The position numbers and the translations under genes are program-made. This document shows, piece by piece, positions 43,245 through 52,689 of a DNA stretch of 64,000 bases. Location: assembly GCA_964542975.1 (NCBI GenBank), contig CAZIVW010000006.1, forward strand, positions 22,937-86,936, written 5' to 3'. The notes below the pieces were generated by a model. The model ran no database searches, had not been told where the DNA came from, and worked only from the letters and a program-made list of their open reading frames with translations. Positions within the stretch are counted from its first letter, which is position 1. Each line of letters opens with the position of its first letter. The DNA is from an uncultured Sphingopyxis sp. (GTDB lineage Bacteria > Pseudomonadota > Alphaproteobacteria > Sphingomonadales > Sphingomonadaceae).

Positions 43245-45359
43245 ATGTTCCGTGCCGCCGCTGTGACCGCGCTTGCCCTTTGTACGTCCGCCATCAGCGT
43301 GGCAGCGGCCAACGAAGCCAGTACCGACAATTGGCTGTGGCTAGAGGATATCGAAGGCAGCAAAGCCTTGGAATGGGTGGCCAAAGAAAATGCCGCCACC
43401 GATGCTTTGCTGCTGAACCGTCCCAATTTTGAAAGCGACCGCCAACGCGCCCGCGCCATCTTGGACGACGACCGCCAAATCGCCATGCCCGATCAAGTGA
43501 TGGGCGACCAGATCACCAACTTCTGGCGCGATGCACAAAATCCGCGCGGCATTTGGCGGCAAAGCCCGCTGGCCGATTATCTGGCCGGCAACCCCAAATG
43601 GACGCCGCTGATCGACGTTGATGCCCTTGGCAAAAGCGAAGGGCAAAGCTGGGTCTGGCACGGGGCGGATTGTCTGGCCCCCGACTATCGCCGCTGCCTT
43701 GTCTCGCTCAGCCCCGGCGGCACCGATAGCGATGTCGTCCGCGAATGGGACCGCACGACCCAAAATTTTGTCACCGACGGCTTTGTCCTGCCCCAAGCCA
43801 AAAGCAGCGTGGCATGGAAAGACGCCAACACGCTGTTGGTCGCCACCGATTATGGCGCAGACAGCATGACCAGCAGCGGCTATGCTCGCATCGTGAAACA
43901 ATGGATCCGCGGCACGCCATTATCCGCCGCCAAATTGGTGGCCGAAGGACAGGCTGATGACGTCCGCCTTTACCCCATCACCCTTGATGACAAATCGAAA
44001 AGCTGGTCGCTGATTGGCCGTGCGCCCAGCTTTTACACCAATGAATATCGCATCTTGTCCGCCGATGGCCGCCGCTATCTGCCCATGAACCTGCCGGAAA
44101 CGGCGGAAATTCGCGGTGTGCTGAACGGCCAAGCGATTGTCCTGCTGAACCAAGCCGAAGGCGATCTGCCCCAAGGGTCGCTGGCCAGCATTTCGCTGAA
44201 AGATTTGGCCGCTGGCCGCCCCGCCAAATTGCAATTGGTCATGCAGCCCAGCGCCGCCCAAGCGATTGAGCAAGTCTATGCCAGCGACAATATTTTGTGG
44301 GTCAAGGCGCTGGATGATGTTGAGGGCAAGCTGTTCGCGCTGAACCAAGATGCCAAAACCGGCGAATGGCACAGCCGCCCTGTCCCCTTGGCGGATAATG
44401 CGACCGTGCAAATTGCGGGCGGCATCGCCAAGCAAGATCGGATTTTCGCCACCAGCGAAACCATGCTGACGCCGCCCAGCCTTTATGCCGTGTCGCTGAT
44501 TGACCCGCCCTTGCTGGTGCAAAGCCTGCCCGCCACCTTTGACGCCAAGGGCATGACCACCGAAAAACGCTTTGCGACATCCAGCGATGGCACGAAAATC
44601 CCTTATTTTCTGGTCCGCAAAGCGGGCACCACAGGCCCCGTTCCGGCCTTGGTCCACGGCTATGGCGGCTTTCGCGCCGCCCAAACCCCCGGCTATTTGA
44701 CGGGCCAACCCTATCGCGCTGGTCCGCTCGGCCTATTTTGGGTGGAGGATGGCAATGCCTATGTCCTCGCCAATTTGCGCGGCGGCGGGGAATATGGCCC
44801 CAAATGGCATGAAGCGGCGCTGCGCGAAAATCGCCAACGCAGCTTTGACGATCTGCACGCCATTTCCGAAGATTTGATCCGCACGGGCGTGACCACCAAG
44901 GGCAAAATCGCCATTTCGGGTCGTTCCAATGGCGGCGTTTTGGTCGGCGCGGCGATGACCCAGCGTCCCGACCTATATGGCGCAGTGATTTCCGGATCGC
45001 CGCTGAAGGACATGCAGCGCTATCATAAATTGCTGGCGGGTGCGTCATGGATGGCGGAATATGGCAACCCCGATGTGCCGTCCGATTGGGCCTTTATGTC
45101 CAAATATTCGCCCTATCAAAATATTCGTCAGGGCGTGACCTATCCGCCGATCTTCCTCTATCTGTCCACCAAAGACGACCGCGTCCACCCCGGCCATGCC
45201 CGCAAATTTGGTGCGCGGCTTCAGGAATATGGCAACCGCGTCTATTATCATGAATTTCTAGAAGGCGGGCACAGCGTTGGCAGCGACAATGCCGAAGACG
45301 CCATCCGCGCCGCCATGCTGCATGGCTTTTTACAGCGGGAATTGATCGAGAAAAAATAA
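43245..45359 (+). CDS. Prolyl oligopeptidase (S9A)
   Basis: Signal peptide, WLEDIE, RGGGEYG, GRSNGG, DDRVHP, GGH. Confidence 0.93.
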   Translation: MFRAAAVTALALCTSAISVAAANEASTDNWLWLEDIEGSKALEWVAKENAATDALLLNRPNFESDRQRARAILDDDRQIAMPDQVMGDQITNFWRDAQNPRGIWRQSPLADYLAGNPKWTPLIDVDALGKSEGQSWVWHGADCLAPDYRRCLVSLSPGGTDSDVVREWDRTTQNFVTDGFVLPQAKSSVAWKDANTLLVATDYGADSMTSSGYARIVKQWIRGTPLSAAKLVAEGQADDVRLYPITLDDKSKSWSLIGRAPSFYTNEYRILSADGRRYLPMNLPETAEIRGVLNGQAIVLLNQAEGDLPQGSLASISLKDLAAGRPAKLQLVMQPSAAQAIEQVYASDNILWVKALDDVEGKLFALNQDAKTGEWHSRPVPLADNATVQIAGGIAKQDRIFATSETMLTPPSLYAVSLIDPPLLVQSLPATFDAKGMTTEKRFATSSDGTKIPYFLVRKAGTTGPVPALVHGYGGFRAAQTPGYLTGQPYRAGPLGLFWVEDGNAYVLANLRGGGEYGPKWHEAALRENRQRSFDDLHAISEDLIRTGVTTKGKIAISGRSNGGVLVGAAMTQRPDLYGAVISGSPLKDMQRYHKLLAGASWMAEYGNPDVPSDWAFMSKYSPYQNIRQGVTYPPIFLYLSTKDDRVHPGHARKFGARLQEYGNRVYYHEFLEGGHSVGSDNAEDAIRAAMLHGFLQRELIEKK

Positions 45360-45544
45360 GGCCTGATCCGCTCCAGCCCCATTTTCGGCGTCTCACACCG
45401 CCCCGCCCCTGCGCCCATCCTCGCGCACAGGGGCGGGCGGCCACCAGATCTGGCCCATCATCCTTTCCGCGCGCGCATCCCCCTCTTGCGCGGCCCTGCC
45501 CGATGACGTTACGACCTGATCCCATCTTGGGGGAGGATGGATTG

Positions 45545-46171
45545 ATGGGACGTCACAGCAAAAAACGACCAGAACAATCCCATATCATCCCCTTTCCCGC
45601 GTCCCAGCGCCGCCGCCATCGGCAGCGCAAAGCGCCGCGCCGCACCGAAAAGACCAGCCTTTTGTCCTCCTTCAAAAAAATCGTCATCCCCGCCGCCCTG
45701 CTAGGCACCTTTGTCGGCCTCGCTATGTCTCCGTCGGTCAGCATCAGCGATATCATCGCCGAATTGCGCCAAAAAAATGCTGAAAACAGCACCGACACGA
45801 TTTCACGCGACAGCGCCGCCATTCCCACCGCGCGCCTGAATGGCATGCCCGATGTCATGTGCCGCAATCCCCGCGTCACCGATGGCGACACGCTGCGCTG
45901 CGGCGACATTCGCATTCGCCTTCAGGGCATCGACAGCCCCGAAATGGGCGGAAAATGCCGTCCGGGCCGTGAATGTGTGGACGGCGACCCAATTGCCGCC
46001 AAAGCCAATCTCCAACGCCTTGTCGCGCGGGGTCCGCTGGAATGCACACAAAGCGACACCGACCGTTATGGCCGCATGGTGGCCCGCTGCGTGGTCGCCA
46101 AAGTCGACCTAAGCTGCGAGCAAATTCGCACGGGCCATGCTGTCCCCCGCTATGCGCGGATTGACTGTTAA
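45545..46171 (+). CDS. Thermonuclease (SNase-like) family, membrane anchored
   Basis: VTDGDTL, RIRLQGIDSPE, DRYGRMVARC. Confidence 0.88.
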   Translation: MGRHSKKRPEQSHIIPFPASQRRRHRQRKAPRRTEKTSLLSSFKKIVIPAALLGTFVGLAMSPSVSISDIIAELRQKNAENSTDTISRDSAAIPTARLNGMPDVMCRNPRVTDGDTLRCGDIRIRLQGIDSPEMGGKCRPGRECVDGDPIAAKANLQRLVARGPLECTQSDTDRYGRMVARCVVAKVDLSCEQIRTGHAVPRYARIDC

Positions 46172-46303
46172 GCGAACCAAGGCCTCCGCGCGCCTTCTTC
46201 GATAGATTAAGATAAAATATCGCAATTTGTGATAAGAATCATATCCTCTCATGCTAGCATGATCGCATATTCAACATATTATATCTGCAGAGAGATGGAG
46301 TAA

Positions 46304-46777
46304 GTGATGCGTAAATTCATGGGCCTTGCCCTTTTGGCCCTGACCGCTTGCGGTTCGGCTGAAACCAGCGAAACGACCCAGATTGGCGATACGACCATCA
46401 CCAACAACGCCGCAGACGGCAGTTCGACAATCAAAACGAGCGAGGGCCATCTGACGGCCACCGAAGGCGCGGGCAATATCACATTCCCCGCCGTCGCCCC
46501 GCAATATCCCGGCTCCACCGTCACCGGCTCCCTCGAATCCGCCGGAAAGGACAAGCGCGTCAAAACCATGGTCAATATGACCACCAACGACAGCGTGGAA
46601 AAAGTCGGCGAATATTATCGCGGCGTTCTGACATCCCAAGGCCTGACCATCGGCATGAATATGGTCACACCCGAAGCCGTGATGATCAACGCGGAAAAAG
46701 ACCCTGTGAAGGTCAATGTGATGGCTGGCACAGAGGAAGGAAAAACCGTCATTTCCATGAGCTTCAGCGGTATATAA
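46304..46777 (+). CDS. Hypothetical lipoprotein
   Basis: Lipobox LTAC, GGAG RBS. Confidence 0.8.
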   Translation: MMRKFMGLALLALTACGSAETSETTQIGDTTITNNAADGSSTIKTSEGHLTATEGAGNITFPAVAPQYPGSTVTGSLESAGKDKRVKTMVNMTTNDSVEKVGEYYRGVLTSQGLTIGMNMVTPEAVMINAEKDPVKVNVMAGTEEGKTVISMSFSGI

Positions 46778-46835
46778 GGCCGCCTTCCGGCCTCATCGCC
46801 CCCTACGGCCTCGGCAGCAAGCTGCCACCAACAAT

Positions 46836-46869
46836 AAGGGCCGCGTCATTATGATGACGCGGCCCTTTG
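46836..46869. terminator. Bidirectional terminator
   Basis: aagggccgcgtcat...atgacgcggccctttt-type stem between convergent genes. Confidence 0.7.
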
Positions 46870-46890
46870 ATATTATATGTCAGCCTATCG

Positions 46891-49237
46891 TCAGAACTTC
46901 ACACCCAAGGTCACGCCATAGGTGCGGGGATGCAGATAATCGGCCACAATCAAACCGCCAAAGCTGCTGCCGAAATCGATGAAGTTGCTCGGCTTATTTT
47001 CCTTGAACAAATTGCGCACATAGAAACTAATCTCGGCTTTCTGATTGGCCAATTGCAGTTCCGACAATTTGGCCCGCATATTCACCAAAGTACGGGCTTC
47101 CGTCTTGCTGTTATGTGCATTTTGGTCGGACAGACCCGGTGTCCGCAGCGCAAATGGATAGGTAAAATAGCTGCCCGTATAGTTTAAATCGGCATAGATA
47201 TTAAACTTACCCCAATTGCGCTCAGCCACTTGCAAATCTGCACCCAAGGCCGCTGTCACCTTTGGCGCATGCATGAAGGCGCGATTGTCGCTCACGTCGA
47301 TACCGCCATCAACATAATTTTTATATTTGGTGCTGAGCAGCGCCAAAGAACCATTGAGCGTCAAGGCATCCACGGGGCGGAACACCGCTTCAAATTCCAA
47401 TCCTTGCACCCGTGCCTTTGCCGCATTTCGTACAATGGATTCCGTGCCCGTCTGGGCGCGGAAAATGCTCAATTGGATATCATTATGAATATCGTGGAAC
47501 GCCGCCACATTGAAAATCAAGCGATTATCAAACAGCTTTGTCTTAATCCCCAACTCATAGCTGTCCACGGTTTCCGCGTCATAAGGCTCGCACAATTCGG
47601 TTGCGCCAAATGGGCAGCCCAATGGTGCGCTGGGATCGCCAGCAACGGTGGTTTCCCCGTTAAAGCCGCCCGACTTAAACCCGCGTGCGAAGCGTCCATA
47701 AACGTTAATAGTCGGTGACACTTCATAAGCCAAAGTGACAGCAGGCGAGAAATTGGAGAATTTCGCATCCGGCACATCGCCATAGCCCACATCAATCACG
47801 GTCACGGGCGTCGTAATATTATTCGCTGGATCATAATCCACACCGAAGAAACGCTTCACATCCTTCACTTCGCGCGTATAGCGTGCGCCGACCGACAGCT
47901 TCAGCGCCTCTGTCAGATTATAATCCAACTGCGAATATAGCGCGAACGCCTCTGTGTGCGATCCCATATTGCCGGACAGGCGCGTCGATCCACCAAAGAA
48001 GCTTTGCGGATTATCCGTTTCGCCTTTTTCCTTAAAATAAAATGCACCCAGCACATATTTTAAGCGATCATTCAAGGCGGCGCCGGTCAACTGCAATTCT
48101 TGGCTGAATGCATGATAATCCGTATCGCGATTGGTATAAACCAGCGGCAATGGCGTGCCATCAATATCAATACCATCTTGCCACGACAGATCGCGATAGG
48201 CGGTGATCGACTTCAGCGTCGCTTCACCCATTTCTGCGGTCAGGGTGAGCGCATGGCCATAGCTGCGCGAGCGTTCATAAATATCGCCATCAATGCTCAA
48301 TTCGCGCTCTCGCTTGTCCTTGATATATTTATCGGCAGGAAAAAAAGCTCGCATAATCGGGCGAATTGGGGTCAAAAATATCACCCGTCAGACCATTTTG
48401 GTTCACAGCATATAGCTGCTGCGAAGGTGGACGTTGGTTCGCCTTGTTATAGTCAAAGGTATAATCCGCCGTCACGGCGTCGCTCAGCTGTGCACGGACC
48501 TGTACCATGAAGCTGCCGCCCTTGGCATTGTCGGCGTCTTTTACCTTGGCTGGCTCGGCACCAGGGACGCCAGCGATGGGATTGGGCACGACCTTATAAA
48601 AACCGTCTTGCTTGTGAAATTGGCCAGAAATTTTGGCGCTAAAAATGCCCATTTGCGGCAAATCAATCACGCCGCGCAATTTCAATTCATTGAAATTGCC
48701 ATAGCTGATTTCGGCGCGCCCACCGGCTTCTCCGCTGGGCTTTTTGGTCACCAAGCTCAGCGCACCAGCCAAAGCGTTGCGGCCATAAAGCGTGCCTTGT
48801 GGGCCGCGCAAAATCTCCACACGCTCCAGGTCGGCAATATCCATGAAGCTGCCCTGCGCCTTGGCGATATAGACACCGTCAATATAGATGCCAACGGCGG
48901 GTTCCCATGTGATGGCGGGGTTGTTGGTCACAGAACCACGAATAGAAATTTGCGAGATCGTCTTGCTGGACGGTGCGCGCTCGACCTTCACGTTGGGCGC
49001 GATATTTCCAATATGTTCAATGGAATCAATGCCGCGCGATTCGAGATATTCGGTTCCGACAGCTGAAATTGCGATGGGCACTTGCTGGATATTTTCCGAC
49101 CGCTTTTGCGCCGTCACCACAATATCGCCCAAACCGCTAAAATTGCTCGTTTCATTATCCTGAAACGCCATTGCCGGTGCGGTCACCACCAAAGCGGCTG
49201 CCATAGCCGTCGCAGACAATAATTCCCTCATCAACAT
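46891..49237 (-). pseudogene. TonB-dependent receptor split by one extra base in a T7 tract
   Basis: Plug ORF 48329-49237 (IVVTAQKR, LRGPQGTLYG) and barrel ORF 46891-48384 (ends PRTYGVTLGVKF) join as ...DYASFF-PADK... if one A of the A7 run at 48340-48346 is removed. Confidence 0.85.
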
Positions 49238-49725
49238 CTCTCCCTTTTGAAATCATCGTTATTTTGCGATACTAGATACGCAAATATAACAATGCCTCAA
49301 GTATAATTAGATATATCAGACGATAATTGCTCATCATGCTTCGCACATGGCCAGCCAACATATGTCCGACAGCGCATAATTTGGCGTCCGCACAAGCCGC
49401 TGCCCGCGAACAAAATTGGCTAATAATTCAACGCAATAAAAAGCGGGCACATCACCGCCGCCTAAAAATCTAAAAAATGATCCTCGAATCATCACAGCCC
49501 AGCGAGCGATTCTATATCGGTGATGATTCGGCGCTCATCATATGGACGCGAATCTATACCGAAACAGAATTACAGCCCCACGCCCGCGAAGCCCCCGCGA
49601 AGCCAATGACGGGCAATTTCATCACTGCGATGCACAAGATCGTCATATAATGGGAATGATTCGACGGAAAACTGCCCTTTTCGGCCCTCACAAGGCCGAT
49701 TTGCCGTTTTCCTATCGTTCCAATG

Positions 49726-49761
49726 AAAACGGGGCGTAACAACATTTGTTGTTACGCCCCG
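49726..49761 (-). terminator. Intrinsic terminator downstream of the tRNA 3' fragment
   Basis: 14-bp stem cggggcgtaacaac/gttgttacgccccg followed by TTTT on the minus strand. Confidence 0.8.
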
Positions 49762-49766
49762 CGGGG

Positions 49767-49790
49767 TGGTGGACAGGGCTGGATTCGAAC
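49767..49790 (-). other. Prophage att site: 3' 24 nt of a tRNA (probably tRNA-Tyr)
   Basis: Minus strand GTTCGAATCCAGCCCTGTCCACCA is a T-loop, acceptor strand and CCA; no 5' tRNA half upstream. Confidence 0.85.
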
Positions 49791-49862
49791 ACTCGTTTAT
49801 TATCAAAATTCTAGCCTTGGCTAACCGGCCCAAACTCGCAACGGATTACTGCGGCGTCCCAA

Positions 49863-50318
49863 ATGCTTTGGCTAACCTTTTTGGGCCGGTTGGGTGCCAT
49901 ATCCGATCAAGATTTTGGGGCATCGGGTGGTGGACCGATTAGGCTGGTTCAGCCGTCCCTATCCTTGGAGCATCCGACCATTCTATTAACCCTCGCTCTC
50001 TGCATTTCGTCCGTCCATGACGGTGACACTTTCCGCACCTGTGACGGGGTCAAGGTTCGCCTTGTGGCAGCGTCGGGACCGATGGACGCGCCCGAAGTGG
50101 CGGGCAGCCCTCGTTGTCGTCGCGAAGCTTGTGACGTGCGGGCCGGTGAAGCTGCTCGCGATCGGTTACGTGAAATCTTGGACCAACCGGCCGAGATGAT
50201 ATGTGCTGGGCAGGATAGATATCGCCGCACCCTGTGCCGCGTCACCGCGGGCGGCGCTGATGTGGGCGATATGATGGTGCAGGAAGGGCATGCCGTCATC
50301 CGCAACGATTGGCGGTAA
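49863..50318 (+). CDS. Prophage thermonuclease (SNase-like); true start probably about 100 nt downstream
   Basis: VHDGDTF, DAPE, DRYRRTLC, MVQEGHA. Confidence 0.8.
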   Translation: MLWLTFLGRLGAISDQDFGASGGGPIRLVQPSLSLEHPTILLTLALCISSVHDGDTFRTCDGVKVRLVAASGPMDAPEVAGSPRCRREACDVRAGEAARDRLREILDQPAEMICAGQDRYRRTLCRVTAGGADVGDMMVQEGHAVIRNDWR

Positions 50319-50331
50319 TAAGTTGCTTGTC

Positions 50332-50369
50332 AAAAAAACCCAACTTCGCGATGGCGCGAAGCTGGGTTC
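50332..50369 (-). terminator. Intrinsic terminator of the DUF4760-like gene
   Basis: aacccagcttcgcg-ccat-cgcgaagttgggtt followed by a T run on the minus strand. Confidence 0.75.
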
Positions 50370-50382
50370 CTAGAAATTTAAC

Positions 50383-51027
50383 TTAGGCGTCTGAGCCGCT
50401 TAGTGGAGAAAAAAGACTACCATCAACGGCAAATTTCGCTGTCTTTTTCTGCAGGTCTGGGTGCCATGTACACGTTAACCGCTCAAAATATTCGTAATAA
50501 GTTGAGTCAGATTCTTGGGTTTTATCAATATGGTGTCGAAGCCCCAAGTATATACGTTTAAACACTAATATCTGCGCCTGCTTAATCATGTCATGATTTA
50601 CGGCGCCATACACGATTGCAACGGCCGCCTGCTCGTACACGCTGAGCAATTGCTCGATTTCTCGTTCGGGCATAGCCGGACGATTACCGCAATCTGTCTT
50701 CTGATATTCATTGTAATCGTTTATATATGGATAGACGACGGCCTTCAGTGTGCTCACATCGCTTGAGGACAAACGTTCAAGAAGTGACAGAGCGTTTGTC
50801 TTGCGGACCATCAGAATGGTCATTCGACCAGACCAAATCCACCCGATGGTAGTTAAAACGATCGCCAATAGCGCTCCCAAGAATATTATTTCATCTTTGA
50901 ACCCCCCTCGGTTCATAATCGCCAGCGAAAAGATAGCGATTAAAATACAGCCCCCTGTAAACCAAAGAGCCCCGTAAAAACGGGGCTCAAGTTGGTTAAT
51001 TGCGAATTTTTTTATCGCCGCTATCAA
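50383..51027 (-). CDS. DUF4760-like protein with two N-terminal TMs (AT-rich moron)
   Basis: Pattern LLSVYEQAAVAIVYG...HIDKTQ...YYEYFERLTCTW resembles DUF4760. Confidence 0.7.
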   Translation of the reverse strand: MIAAIKKFAINQLEPRFYGALWFTGGCILIAIFSLAIMNRGGFKDEIIFLGALLAIVLTTIGWIWSGRMTILMVRKTNALSLLERLSSSDVSTLKAVVYPYINDYNEYQKTDCGNRPAMPEREIEQLLSVYEQAAVAIVYGAVNHDMIKQAQILVFKRIYLGLRHHIDKTQESDSTYYEYFERLTCTWHPDLQKKTAKFAVDGSLFSPLSGSDA

Positions 51028-51033
51028 GGGCAG

Positions 51034-51060
51034 TTACCAGGAACCAGATACTTTTGTCAT
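51034..51060 (-). CDS. Putative 8-aa micro-peptide MTKVSGSW
   Basis: GAGGAGACCATA-ATG ACA AAA GTA TCT GGT TCC TGG TAA; in frame with the downstream TTG. Confidence 0.5.
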   Translation of the reverse strand: MTKVSGSW

Positions 51061-51436
51061 TATGGTCTCCTCACCGTTATATCCCGTCTGCCTTTCGGGC
51101 ATCAGGCCGTTTGTCAGTGTTTTATATATATCTATGAATATGTGAATGTCACCTTGATAAACAAGGTTCCCACCAAGGGTGGTCGTGATTAAGCCTCATA
51201 TCATTATCGCATTTCAGGTACTTAATATGAAATCATCACTATTTCAGCGTGAAGAAATGGCGCCCAAATAAGTGAATTCCAGCTCAAATTAGTCGTTTTC
51301 AACCCTGTTTGCAGAATATCAGGGATGCCAATTTCGAGTATGATTCGACGGTCAAAATCAGCCATATTTTCAGACTGACGGCCTCTGGAGCAGAGCACCC
51401 AGCCGATAACGCCCGCCCTGTTCAGGCAAGATCACA

Positions 51437-52474
51437 TCATTCCTCTTTTTCCGTCAGGGCATGATCGCCGCCGCCGTTGCTTTTCTCTGCCTCGACATTG
51501 GTGGTGTAACCGGCCGTGGAATCCAGCGCGTGGGTGGCGCGTTTGATGGTCCAATTGCCGTCCACGCCGCCGCGAAAGCCGGACAGGGTCAGGGGCACCT
51601 CTGCCAATAAATCGGTGCGACCGGGTCCGTCGAATGTCACGGTTTCTTCTGCCCGCTGGCGTTTGTCCAATTCCGCGCGCACGGCGGCCACGGCTTGTTC
51701 CCGCGTCGAAAATTGGGTGCGGATGCGGCGCACCGGTTCCCCCTCCCCCATTTCCACCACCTGTCGCTTGGCTTTTTTGGTCGCATGCCATGCGGCCACC
51801 ACCTTGCCCGACGCTTCTTTCCGGCTGAGTTTCAGAGAATAGGCCGTGGTTTCCGCGCCGGTCACGGTGACGGGTGACAGGGCCTTGCCGCTGGCGCTTT
51901 TCCCTTCCCCATGTTTGGCCAACACCAATTTGCCATCGGCGGGCTTGACCACCGCGTCATATTTTTTACCGACCCGCACCAACAAGTGCATGTCGCTTTC
52001 GTCCGACTGGTCGATATGCGGCAGGCTGATGCCGCGCAGGCTGGGGGCGCAGGCGGGTTGCAAGCCATGATCGCCCGCAATTTTCGCGACCATGTCACCC
52101 AGCGTCGTGCCCCGTTTCCAACTGCGGGTTTTCTGGCTTTGCAGTGTGTTTTTGCCGCCTGTCGATTTTTCAAAGGGGGCAGCTTTGGCCGATATGGTCA
52201 TAATGCCCGGCCAACCGGACAATTCCACTTCGTCCACAACGAACAGGCCCATGCGGTCCAATTGCCCGTCATAGCCCAAGAATAATTCCAGTTCCGCGCC
52301 CGTCGATGGAATTTCGATGGGTTCGTCTGGCCGGTCGTCGGCCAAGGTGACGGTCAACGTATCCGCCGCCAGCCCCGCTTCGTCGGTAAAGCTGAGCGAT
52401 TGAAAGCGATCACGGATAATATCGGTGATATCGCGTTGGTTGGCGGACAGCCGATATTCTGGCTTTAATCCCAT
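51437..52474 (-). CDS. Phage late control / baseplate hub protein (P2 gpD-like)
   Basis: DITDIIRDR...FTDEAG..ADTL, LFLGY, HIDQSDESD; start at MGLKPEY overlapping X. Confidence 0.9.
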   Translation of the reverse strand: MGLKPEYRLSANQRDITDIIRDRFQSLSFTDEAGLAADTLTVTLADDRPDEPIEIPSTGAELELFLGYDGQLDRMGLFVVDEVELSGWPGIMTISAKAAPFEKSTGGKNTLQSQKTRSWKRGTTLGDMVAKIAGDHGLQPACAPSLRGISLPHIDQSDESDMHLLVRVGKKYDAVVKPADGKLVLAKHGEGKSASGKALSPVTVTGAETTAYSLKLSRKEASGKVVAAWHATKKAKRQVVEMGEGEPVRRIRTQFSTREQAVAAVRAELDKRQRAEETVTFDGPGRTDLLAEVPLTLSGFRGGVDGNWTIKRATHALDSTAGYTTNVEAEKSNGGGDHALTEKEE

Positions 52475-52677
52475 AACCGCAACGCCTTTTGGCTGGATGA
52501 TTGTTGGACGTCGGGCAAGGTGATGACCACCCCTGCGGGCAATTCGGGGCCATGGTCGGCCAACACAGGGTTGGCGTCCATCACCTGTTCCACAATCTGT
52601 CCATCGGTGCGGCCATATTGGCCCCACACAATGGCGTCCACCATATCGCCTTCGCGGCTGGTATATTTGCTGGTCAT
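52465..52677 (-). CDS. Phage tail protein X
   Basis: GDMVDAIVW..YG, ANP.LA..GPELPAG..ITLPD, LWD. Confidence 0.92.
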   Translation of the reverse strand: MTSKYTSREGDMVDAIVWGQYGRTDGQIVEQVMDANPVLADHGPELPAGVVITLPDVQQSSSQKALRLWD

Positions 52678-52689
52678 GCGGCCCCTTCC

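Noticed and set aside
46200..46260. Possible Fur box upstream of the lipoprotein (also near 49322)
   Set aside because: Poor match to the palindromic consensus in AT-rich DNA
25805..46869. AAGGGCCG...CGGCCCTTT hairpins as a REP family
   Set aside because: All three lie between convergent genes and are explained as ordinary bidirectional terminators
49767..49860. Complete tRNA gene
   Set aside because: Only the 3' 24 nt are present; upstream sequence cannot form the T-stem, anticodon or D arms
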